Position numbers and translations under genes: made by a program
IMG/VR virus record: IMGVR_UViG_3300042453_005804
Span: 30,001 to 58,052 of that record
Length of the DNA: 28,052 bases
From: a virus
Direction: 5' to 3' (one strand)
Part shown: positions 14,164 to 21,411 of the stretch, piece after piece
How the letters are laid out: each line of letters starts with the position of its first letter
How positions within the stretch are numbered: position 1 is the first letter of the stretch
The notes under the pieces: model-generated
Told to the model about the DNA's origin: nothing
The model's input: the letters and a program-made list of their open reading frames with translations, nothing else
Databases searched by the model: none

Positions 14164-16098
14164 ATGAGCGTCAAGAAGCAACTACTCAAACAAATTCAAA
14201 CGGCTCGAGAAGAGTCATCCAAAACAAAAAAGTTCTCTGGTAATCTTATGGATTACGTCGACCTCGTCGAGAAAGAACCGTCGATAGTAAAATCAGCGCA
14301 TCGTAGGTTATATGAGGCCATTGAGGAACATGGTTCCTACGTGATGCCTGATTCGGATTCACGTAAATTCAAGGTGTTCGATGGCGATGCCGTGAAGGTC
14401 CACAAGTACTTTGAAGGTGAATTCTTCGGAATGGAGACGGTCATTGACAAGGTCATGTCGTTCCTGTCTTCAGCGGCACATAAGGGCGAGGAATCTCGTC
14501 AGGTTCTTCTTCTCATGGGACCAGTTGGAGCTGGTAAGTCAGCATTAACCGAACACATTAAACGTGCGCTCGAAGGCAAGAAGTACTATCACCTCAAGGG
14601 AGATCCTCATCGTGGTGAACCCCTGCAACTCGTACCACGTTCTCTTCGCTCGGAATTTGAGAAGGCACTCAACGTGAAGATTGATGGAGATATTTCACCA
14701 GTCGCCCGCCACAAGCTTCTCAACGATTACGGCGGTAAATATGAGGACTTCGAGGTTGAGGAGACGACATTCTCGCAACGTGGTCGTAGAGGTGTCGCGG
14801 CTGTTCCTCCAATGGATGCCAATAGTCAGGACGTGTCTGTTCTCATTGGGTCGGTAGATATCTCTAAGTTGGATAAGTTTGCCGAGGATGATCCACGAGC
14901 TCTTTCGCTCACGGGAGCATTCAACGTAGGTAACCGTGGCATCGTGGAACTGGTCGAGGTCTTCAAGAACGAGATTGAGTTCCTCCATACAATCATCACC
15001 GCCACACAGGAGAAGAGGGTTCCATCACCCGGAAAGAGCGATATGCTTCACTTCGACGGAGTCATCCTCGCACACTGTAATGAGGCTGAGTGGAATCGCT
15101 TCCAGTCAGAACACACCAATGAAGCCATCATGGACCGCATCGTGAAGATCGCAGTTCCATACTGTCTTGAGGTGGATCAGGAACAGAAGATCTATGAGAA
15201 GATGCTAGGTAAATCAGACTTCAAGGCACACATCGCACCTCACACCCTCAAGGTTGTATCAATGTTCTCGGTCATGAGCCGCTTGAAGCCATCAGCTAAA
15301 TGTGATTTATTGACGAAAATGAAGATCTATAACGGCGAGGACGTCCTTGAGAAGGGTCGCGTTCGTAAGGTCGACATCAAGGATCTTCGTGAGGAAGCTA
15401 AACACGAAGGCATGGATGGTATCTCTACGCGTTTCATCACCAAGGCATTGGACAATGCCCTCACGGCATCCGACAAGGGAATGATTACACCAGTTTCTGT
15501 CATTGAGTCTTTGACCAAGATGGTGAAGGAGCAGATCAACGACGAGACGTTCAAGACAAAGTGCCTAGAAATCCTCCAAAAGACGGTACGAGAAGAATAC
15601 CTCAAGATCCTTGAGAATGAGATCGCAAAGGCATTTATCTCCGCATACGAGGAGCAGGCTCAATCTCTATTCGATACATATCTCGACAACGCTGAAGCAT
15701 ACACGACCCGTGTCAAACTCAAGGATCGTGTTACAAAGGAAGAGAGAAAGCCAGACGAACAGTTCATGGCTTCGATCGAAGAACAGATCGGTATCAGCGG
15801 TTCAGCCCGTGATGGTTTCCGCTCCGACGTTGCTGCCTACATGTTCGCCAAGATGCGTCGTGGTGAAAAGGTTGGATTCCGTTCCTATGAACCACTCCGA
15901 GAAGCCATTGAATCATTCCTCATCTCATCGGTCAAATCACTTGCTCGAGTCGTGACCAAGAGCAAAACTCGCGACGAGGAGCAGAAGGAAAAGTACAATG
16001 AGATGGTGGCAACACTCATCAAGGATCATGGATACACCGCCGAAAGCGCAGAAGAAATTCTTGTGTATGCTTCAAATAATTTGTGGCGTGACGCGTAA
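14164..16098 (+). CDS. prkA: PrkA/YeaG AAA-type serine protein kinase
   Basis: The product is 644 aa, which from memory matches E. coli YeaG. The Walker A motif is LLLMGPVGAGKS, and the PrkA-type N- and C-domains are conserved throughout. Confidence 0.95.
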   Translation: MSVKKQLLKQIQTAREESSKTKKFSGNLMDYVDLVEKEPSIVKSAHRRLYEAIEEHGSYVMPDSDSRKFKVFDGDAVKVHKYFEGEFFGMETVIDKVMSFLSSAAHKGEESRQVLLLMGPVGAGKSALTEHIKRALEGKKYYHLKGDPHRGEPLQLVPRSLRSEFEKALNVKIDGDISPVARHKLLNDYGGKYEDFEVEETTFSQRGRRGVAAVPPMDANSQDVSVLIGSVDISKLDKFAEDDPRALSLTGAFNVGNRGIVELVEVFKNEIEFLHTIITATQEKRVPSPGKSDMLHFDGVILAHCNEAEWNRFQSEHTNEAIMDRIVKIAVPYCLEVDQEQKIYEKMLGKSDFKAHIAPHTLKVVSMFSVMSRLKPSAKCDLLTKMKIYNGEDVLEKGRVRKVDIKDLREEAKHEGMDGISTRFITKALDNALTASDKGMITPVSVIESLTKMVKEQINDETFKTKCLEILQKTVREEYLKILENEIAKAFISAYEEQAQSLFDTYLDNAEAYTTRVKLKDRVTKEERKPDEQFMASIEEQIGISGSARDGFRSDVAAYMFAKMRRGEKVGFRSYEPLREAIESFLISSVKSLARVVTKSKTRDEEQKEKYNEMVATLIKDHGYTAESAEEILVYASNNLWRDA

Positions 16099-16157
16099 GT
16101 GATATCAAGAATATTCTTCCAATAATTATTTGATGTTGCCAAACACAAATAAATAAA

Positions 16158-16195
16158 AATTCAGGACCAAGGTCGAAAGGCCGAGGTCCTGAATT
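16158..16195. terminator. Repeated hairpin terminator, copy 1 (between convergent prkA and a LamG gene)
   Basis: AATTCAGGACC-AA-GGTC-GAAA-GGCC-GA-GGTCCTGAATT, with T-rich sequence following the hairpin in both reading directions. Confidence 0.65.
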
Positions 16196-16207
16196 GTTTT
16201 CTATAAA

Positions 16208-16978
16208 TCAAACTAAAGAAATACCGTAACGATTGGACAAGTAGTTCAACGTATCTGTGCGTTCAGTCGAGGCATGTTGCTTGTGATAAATTAGAATTTC
16301 AGCAATTTTCCCGACGAATGGACCGTAAGAAGCCTGTGCAAATCCACCAATTCGAAGTTCCGGGCAAGGATTTGGAATATTCCAAGGAACAGCATCCCCG
16401 GAACTTGCAAGTGTGCCAGTTGAACCATTGATCAAAATTTCAGCGCTAGACATGTTTGCACCGCTCGCAGAAAATGCTGCTGAAATTTGTGCGTTTGAGT
16501 TTGCTACATACTTTTTGGAGGCATTGCCGTAACCGTCAACTCCTATTACGTGAGGAGCAGGACCATAATAGCAAAAACACACTCGACCATTAGTAGAACC
16601 TTCTTGACCCCAACCGACGAGACCCAGCAAGTCTGTCGAAAATGTGGGATCATTTACTACATATATGCTAAAAGCACTTGAACCCGTTGACCAATTAGGA
16701 GGTGTGAGACGATACAGCTGCTGAGACCCATTGAAGCTAATAGCCTTTCGACTGTTAAACTCAGGTGAACTTGTAGAGAGTGTGGGTTGAGAGACACTTG
16801 GTACAGGTACCAAGTCGACTCCATTTCCAGATCGATCTGTCCAAGTAAAAACCGTTGAACCATTCGACTGATTGATATCATCTGCCCTGTACCATGCTCC
16901 CAATGAATCCGTGGGTGGGCTGGGTTCAGGTGCAACAACTGCAGGTCTTACTCTAACACCATTTAATTTTATACTCAT
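16208..16978 (-). CDS. LamG/concanavalin-A-like lectin domain protein (paralogue family, type B)
   Basis: The N-terminus is MSIKLNGVRVRP. It has W(Y/F)(R/K)AD...TWTDRSGNG...ISFNGSQ and the C-terminus GKIAEILIYHK...YLSNRYGISLV. It is closest to 24568..25404. Confidence 0.75.
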   Translation of the reverse strand: MSIKLNGVRVRPAVVAPEPSPPTDSLGAWYRADDINQSNGSTVFTWTDRSGNGVDLVPVPSVSQPTLSTSSPEFNSRKAISFNGSQQLYRLTPPNWSTGSSAFSIYVVNDPTFSTDLLGLVGWGQEGSTNGRVCFCYYGPAPHVIGVDGYGNASKKYVANSNAQISAAFSASGANMSSAEILINGSTGTLASSGDAVPWNIPNPCPELRIGGFAQASYGPFVGKIAEILIYHKQHASTERTDTLNYLSNRYGISLV

Positions 16979-17039
16979 AAAGTCCTCTTCTAAATTAGGT
17001 ATATGTATCCGCTTTACAAAGTATCAAAAAGTCATGAAA

Positions 17040-17075
17040 ATTCAGGACCAAGGCTAAAAGGCCGAGGTCCTGAAT
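17040..17075 (-). terminator. Repeated hairpin terminator, copy 2
   Basis: ATTCAGGACC-AA-GGCT-AAAA-GGCC-GA-GGTCCTGAAT. The inner stem differs from copies 1 and 3 but still pairs. Confidence 0.6.
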
Positions 17076-17099
17076 AGTTTTTGTCGTTATGTTTGATGT

Positions 17100-18071
17100 T
17101 TAGATCGTTATGGTCTGTGTTGGTGCTCCGTCAAATTTTTTCCAAACAACAGGAGAAGCACTAGAACAAACGTAGATTCCCGTGTCGGAGTAAACGACAT
17201 CTCCTGCCACGGGAGCGGCAGGCAGTTCAGCCGAGCCATCTGGATTTGCGAAAGCTGTTGCAGAAGGTGTGAAATCAGCAGAATATCTTGCGATACCTTT
17301 GCTGACTCTAATTTCATCGATATATCCGTGAAATGGATATTGAATAGCGTTCAATCTGTCAGCGCCAATTACAACTGCAGCTACGGAATTAGTTGGTACG
17401 TTGGCAAAAGTTGCTCCTTGTCTAATACCATTCCAATAGATGGATGTGTTACCTGAGAGTTTTACTACGGCAAAGTGATACCAGGTTCCCGTTGTTATCG
17501 TTGGAACCGTTCTCGTCACAAGACCAGATGCAGCAAAGCCAATTGTCGTAGAATTTATAATATAAAATTGCCAATCTTGAGAAATGGTAGTTTGATGTTT
17601 TGCAATTGGACACATTTGAGATGCGAGAGAGCTGGGGTTTACCCAACCTTCTATCGTAAAATCTCCTGTACTTAAGTTGAAATCGTTATTATATGAATAA
17701 TAGAAATAGTCACCATTTCCATCAAAATATCCGCTAGACCCGCCAAATTTGCTATCGGTTGTACTAATCTTTGCATTGCCACTAACTGTGGCAGCTTTTG
17801 GTGTATAAGAATTGTCGGTAAACGTCGTGCTGTTGTTTGCTCCATTCATGTGAAGAAGCAAAGAGACTGAAGAGTCTCCTACCGTTGCTATGTATGTAGA
17901 TGAAGGCCCATTGGATGTTAGAGTGCCTGCAGACAAATCCAGACCATCGCCAACAACAACCTGTGATCCATCACCTGCCAAAATTTTTGTTCCATCACCA
18001 GGCCAGGAAACTCCACCACCAGCACCACCAGATGCAGGTTTTATTCTTACGCCATTAAAATTTATAGCCAT
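17100..18071 (-). CDS. LamG (LamG_3-like) domain protein, paralogue family type A
   Basis: The N-terminus is MAINFNGVRIKP. It has GDFTIEGWV...WYHFAVV...IYWNG...GYIDEIRVSKGIARY, the classic LamG_3 pattern. Confidence 0.8.
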   Translation of the reverse strand: MAINFNGVRIKPASGGAGGGVSWPGDGTKILAGDGSQVVVGDGLDLSAGTLTSNGPSSTYIATVGDSSVSLLLHMNGANNSTTFTDNSYTPKAATVSGNAKISTTDSKFGGSSGYFDGNGDYFYYSYNNDFNLSTGDFTIEGWVNPSSLASQMCPIAKHQTTISQDWQFYIINSTTIGFAASGLVTRTVPTITTGTWYHFAVVKLSGNTSIYWNGIRQGATFANVPTNSVAAVVIGADRLNAIQYPFHGYIDEIRVSKGIARYSADFTPSATAFANPDGSAELPAAPVAGDVVYSDTGIYVCSSASPVVWKKFDGAPTQTITI

Positions 18072-18115
18072 AACTACTCCTCAGAGACATCTGTAGACAT
18101 CTCTTAAGAATAAAT
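18036..18115 (-). repeat. Conserved 5' module (first 12 codons, SD and 5'UTR), copy A
   Basis: 18036-18089 is identical to 19968-20021 (54 nt), and similarity continues for about 26 nt more. It includes GAGGAG-TAGTT-ATG. Confidence 0.8.
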
Positions 18116-18149
18116 ATAAATTCAATTATGAATTAGTCATTAAATAAAA

Positions 18150-18183
18150 TTCAGGACCAAGGTCGAAAGGCCGAGGTCCTGAA
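18150..18183 (-). terminator. Repeated hairpin terminator, copy 3
   Basis: The core TTCAGGACCAAGGTCGAAAGGCCGAGGTCCTGAA is identical to copy 1. In minus sense it is followed by TTTTATTT. Confidence 0.65.
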
Positions 18184-18206
18184 AAGTTTTTATTGATTAT
18201 TCTTAA

Positions 18207-19064
18207 TCAGATATTGATGTTTCTGCCTGCCTGATCGAACACCTTCCAGGTAACTGGTGAGGCACTCGTGCAGATGTAAGCTCTATCATCAGAATAGACA
18301 GCTTGACCAACTATTGGGCTCGATGGTAGCTCAACAGATCCATTTGCATTTGAGAAAGCTGAGGCAGGAGGCGTGAAGTTTGCGGTGTAACGACCTACTC
18401 CCTTTGTGACCCTAACTTCATCAACATATCCATTAAGATGATGTGAGGTGTTGTTGGTGGCATTTTTACCAATGACCCATTTGCTTACTGTATTGTTCAT
18501 CGCAGGAGCCACAGCACTGGCGCCAGCCTGTACTCCATTCCAGAACAATCTAAATGTGCCAGAAGTTTTTGACATTGCCCAGTGGTACCAGGTTCCTGTT
18601 GACATTGCTGAAACTGTTCTTGACATGAACCCGCCACCTATAGCATTGTATCCCACCACGATCGTTGTTGAATTTTGAATATCAAAGCCTATATCGTAAC
18701 CGCCGAAAACGCTTTGATAACTTGCAAAAGAATTTAGATTTACCCATCCTTCAATTGTGAAATCACCTGCTCCAAATTGAAGATCTGTTCCTCTGTCAAA
18801 TTCTATGTAATCACCATTACCATCAAATGCCGCAGAAGAACCACCAAACTTACTTGCAGCAGTGCTGATTTTAGCATTGCCGTAAGCGGTGACGGTTTTT
18901 GGTGTATAAGAACTGTCGGTAAATGTCGTGCTATTATTGGCTCCATCCATGTGAAGAAGCAAAGAAACCGTTGAATCACCAACGGGTTGAATATAAGTTG
19001 CTGTGTTTGAATTGACTGGTGCGGCGCAAGGTTTAATTCTTACGCCATTAAAATTTATAGTCAT
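18207..19064 (-). CDS. LamG (LamG_3-like) domain protein, paralogue family type A
   Basis: The N-terminus is MTINFNGVRIKP. It has GDFTIEGWV...WYHWAM...LFWNG...GYVDEVRVTKGVGRY. By eye the N-half is very similar to 17100..18071. AAGGAG lies upstream. Confidence 0.8.
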   Translation of the reverse strand: MTINFNGVRIKPCAAPVNSNTATYIQPVGDSTVSLLLHMDGANNSTTFTDSSYTPKTVTAYGNAKISTAASKFGGSSAAFDGNGDYIEFDRGTDLQFGAGDFTIEGWVNLNSFASYQSVFGGYDIGFDIQNSTTIVVGYNAIGGGFMSRTVSAMSTGTWYHWAMSKTSGTFRLFWNGVQAGASAVAPAMNNTVSKWVIGKNATNNTSHHLNGYVDEVRVTKGVGRYTANFTPPASAFSNANGSVELPSSPIVGQAVYSDDRAYICTSASPVTWKVFDQAGRNINI

Positions 19065-19087
19065 AATTTAATCTCCTTTTATTGTTC

Positions 19088-19993
19088 TCAACCTAAGGTG
19101 TATCTACGCCATGTGGGAACTGCCGCATCAGTACATTCGTAAAGAAAGCCATTGCTGTCTTTGGCCATTTTTCCAAGCTCTGCTGTTGGGTAGGTTAAAA
19201 CCCCTGTTCCAAAAGCTGAAGTGGAAGGGGTGAAGTTTGCACTGTATCTAGCAGTATCAGAGAACCTGACCTCATCAATGTATCCATTAATGGTACGCAC
19301 TCCGGTATCTCCAGGAAGACCGCCGGGTAGACTTAAAGAATGACCTAACCCAATGTCTCCGGCAGATGGCATGCTAAGAAAATAACTGCCTGCTCTTGTA
19401 ACATATAGCGTACCATTAATATAAATTTTGATATGTTGACCTGAAGTGCCAACAATGGCGATGTGATGCCATTGACCAGTTGGCGGAACCCATCCTGGGC
19501 TCACCGCGTAGTGGAAAGATCCTCCATACGAATTTTCAAGGTATAGTTGACCTGCGTTGTTCATTATTAGAGCAGGTCCTTGATACCAAGCTGAAGTATT
19601 AAAATGTATCAGCGACGTCCAAGGTATGAGTGATATGTAGTAGAACCATAACTCAATGGTAAAACTACTTCCACCTGTAGGACCAAAGTTTACCTTGTTA
19701 TTAGTATTAGTGCACTTAAATTTAGAAGCATTATTGCCGTTGAAATACAACGAAGAACCGCCGAATTTTGACTGAGCAGTCTTTATTACGGCAGCTCCTG
19801 AAAATGTTCCTGTTCCTGGATTAGATGAATCATCTGTAAAAGATGTTGATCCATCCGCACCGTCAAAGTGTGCCAAAAATTTCGTGTATGAATCACCAGT
19901 TATTGTTTCGAAACTTGTTATGTTGTTGGAAGGTGATGCTGCACCACCTCCTGCGCAAGGTTTTATTCTTACGCCATTAAAATTTATAGCCAT
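19088..19993 (-). CDS. LamG (LamG_3-like) domain protein, paralogue family type A
   Basis: The N-terminus is MAINFNGVRIKP. It has FTIELWF...WHHIAIV...IYINGTL...GYIDEVRFSDTARY. Confidence 0.8.
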   Translation of the reverse strand: MAINFNGVRIKPCAGGGAASPSNNITSFETITGDSYTKFLAHFDGADGSTSFTDDSSNPGTGTFSGAAVIKTAQSKFGGSSLYFNGNNASKFKCTNTNNKVNFGPTGGSSFTIELWFYYISLIPWTSLIHFNTSAWYQGPALIMNNAGQLYLENSYGGSFHYAVSPGWVPPTGQWHHIAIVGTSGQHIKIYINGTLYVTRAGSYFLSMPSAGDIGLGHSLSLPGGLPGDTGVRTINGYIDEVRFSDTARYSANFTPSTSAFGTGVLTYPTAELGKMAKDSNGFLYECTDAAVPTWRRYTLG

Positions 19994-20047
19994 AACTACT
20001 CCTCAGAGACACCTGCAGATGTCCCACAAGAATAATTATGGCTTAAA
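19968..20047 (-). repeat. Conserved 5' module, copy B
   Basis: See 18036..18115. The UTR here contains the near-palindrome GACATCTGCAGGTGTC just upstream of the SD. Confidence 0.8.
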
Positions 20048-20073
20048 ATCGCCAACGAATTATAATTGTTTAA

Positions 20074-20676
20074 TCACTCAAAGCTATAAGACACGTCGAC
20101 CTTCACCTTGAGGCTAGGCACTCGTAAATGGTTTGCCAGACCGATCGATTGGGCTTCTTCTGCGTCCAAATACCAGTCGGCGTGTGACCTATCATGAATT
20201 TGCTTCAAAAAGAATTCAGGTTCCTTGCCACAATTTGCCGCCATTTCTCTATAAACAAGCTGGTTTAGTCTATCACCTTCTTTTGCGTCGGCCTTGATCT
20301 CTTCGATCTTTCCCCTGGCACCACTAGAAACATCATGGATCATGATGGTGGCGTGCTTATCCATGAAACGATAACCAGAAGTACCGTAGCTGAACAACAA
20401 CGCACCACATGACATGGCCTTACCTTCGACGATTGTTGCCACCGGAATGTTTGAAGCCTTAATGTTTGCGATCATGGACATGAGAGAGTAGACTTGACCC
20501 CCATAAGAGTCTATGACCACTGGGATCATCGTTTGACCCGTGGACTGCGCGGCCGACATTTGATTGGAGAACTTTTCGGCGGCTTCCTCATCAAATTTAT
20601 TCACCCTGATGATCACTGGGTTGTAACGTAGCTCGACTTTTTCTAAACGTTTTGAGATGTCTTTAATGATATTCAT
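20074..20676 (-). CDS. ClpP/S14-family serine protease (cellular-type ClpP or phage prohead-type; not resolved)
   Basis: IPVVIDSYGGQVYS...GKAMSCGALLF (Ser), ATIMIHDV (His) and the C-terminal ADWYLDAEEAQSIGLANHL align with the ClpP Ser-His-Asp blocks. Confidence 0.8.
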   Translation of the reverse strand: MNIIKDISKRLEKVELRYNPVIIRVNKFDEEAAEKFSNQMSAAQSTGQTMIPVVIDSYGGQVYSLMSMIANIKASNIPVATIVEGKAMSCGALLFSYGTSGYRFMDKHATIMIHDVSSGARGKIEEIKADAKEGDRLNQLVYREMAANCGKEPEFFLKQIHDRSHADWYLDAEEAQSIGLANHLRVPSLKVKVDVSYSFE

Positions 20677-20705
20677 ATGTTTTTACAGATTATAAATATA
20701 CAACA

Positions 20706-21080
20706 GGTGGAGCCAACCGGTACTGCCCCGGTGTCCGCAATTCTTCAATCAAACAATTCGTCCACAGGCTTGGAATGATTTTATCGACGCCATCCTAGTC
20801 TATTCGATCTGACCAATTTTACGACCGGTCGGATCGAAACCCGTTAGTCGTCTTCCGGAACCACCTTCCGAGAGAAACCCACCTCATACAATGAGGATAA
20901 CCATTGATTGTGACTTTCTGTTTCTAGGTTGTCACCACCCAACCAGTCAGGCCGCTAGGGCAGCTGGAGCGTAGCCGTTGTCGTTGGCAACTATACGTCA
21001 CTTGGATTTTTACCAGGTTCCTCGTGCACCTGGGCCTGCATAGATCGATGTCAAAACCACGTCGAAACTATTTTGGCCCC
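20706..21080 (-). ncRNA. ssrA: tmRNA (SsrA), standard one-piece form
   Basis: The minus-sense 5' end is GGGGCCAAAAUAGUUUCGACG and the 3' end is GGACACCGGGGCAGUACCGGUUGGCUCCACC. The acceptor stem GGGGCCA/UGGCUCC has a G3-U wobble. Blocks AGGUGCA, GUAAAAA and UAGUUGCCAACGAC match E. coli ssrA. The tag frame encodes ANDNGYAPAALAA then a stop. Confidence 0.85.
20947..20988 (-). other. tmRNA tag reading frame (resume codon GCC to TGA)
   Basis: GCC AAC GAC AAC GGC TAC GCT CCA GCT GCC CTA GCG GCC TGA encodes ANDNGYAPAALAA. The E. coli tag is ANDENYALAA. Confidence 0.8.
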
Positions 21081-21084
21081 TGAA

Positions 21085-21411
21085 TCATTTGCTTTTTCGT
21101 GGTCTTCCTTTTTGCTTATTTCTTGAGGAAGAAGAAGCAGGCACAAATTTTTTAATTAATTCTTCTCTAGGTATTGATTCATTTATTTTCTTAATCTCGT
21201 CTTCTAGATCTTTAATCTTGTTTGTCTCAGACTTTAACCATTTATCGAACCCAGTTGTTACGGTTTTTTGCCAAGAATTTTCCAATGAAGAAAGCATTAT
21301 ATGCTCTATTTTCATAAGAATATCGTGGCGAGAAACAGAGTCGTTCGAAAGTAACACAGCTTTATATAAATCGAGCAATTCTTGCGGCGATAATTGTAAC
21401 ATCATATTCAA
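21085..21411 (-). CDS. Hypothetical protein with an AT-hook-like basic tail
   Basis: The C-terminus is SSSSRNKQKGRPRKSK, with a GRP core flanked by basic residues. The stop lies 4 nt before the tmRNA 5' end. Confidence 0.5.
   Translation of the reverse strand: MNMMLQLSPQELLDLYKAVLLSNDSVSRHDILMKIEHIMLSSLENSWQKTVTTGFDKWLKSETNKIKDLEDEIKKINESIPREELIKKFVPASSSSRNKQKGRPRKSK

Noticed and set aside
13073-15955. Overlapping ORFs inside spoVR and prkA (13073..13291, 13111..13353, 14695..14988, 14936..15145, 15327..15605, 15611..15955)
   Set aside because: They are shadow frames of strongly conserved genes.
16158-18183. CRISPR-like interpretation of the three repeated hairpins
   Set aside because: There are only three copies, about 0.9-1.1 kb apart. 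Each follows a full-length LamG gene, and there are no cas genes. They behave as terminators duplicated with the gene cassettes.
16657-20111. Alternative-frame and antisense ORFs within the LamG array (16657..16938, 16872..17057, 17108..17317, 17449..17646, 17475..17675, 17890..18096, 18448..18678, 18777..18974, 19884..20111)
   Set aside because: They overlap the LamG paralogues, whose frames are mutually validated by paralogy. Several would cross the terminator hairpins.
20706-20740. tmRNA 3' end as a prophage or genomic-island attachment site, a common integration hotspot
   Set aside because: No integrase or direct repeat of the tmRNA 3' end is visible. LamG paralogues and the same gene style occur on both sides of the tmRNA, so there is no obvious host-island boundary here.
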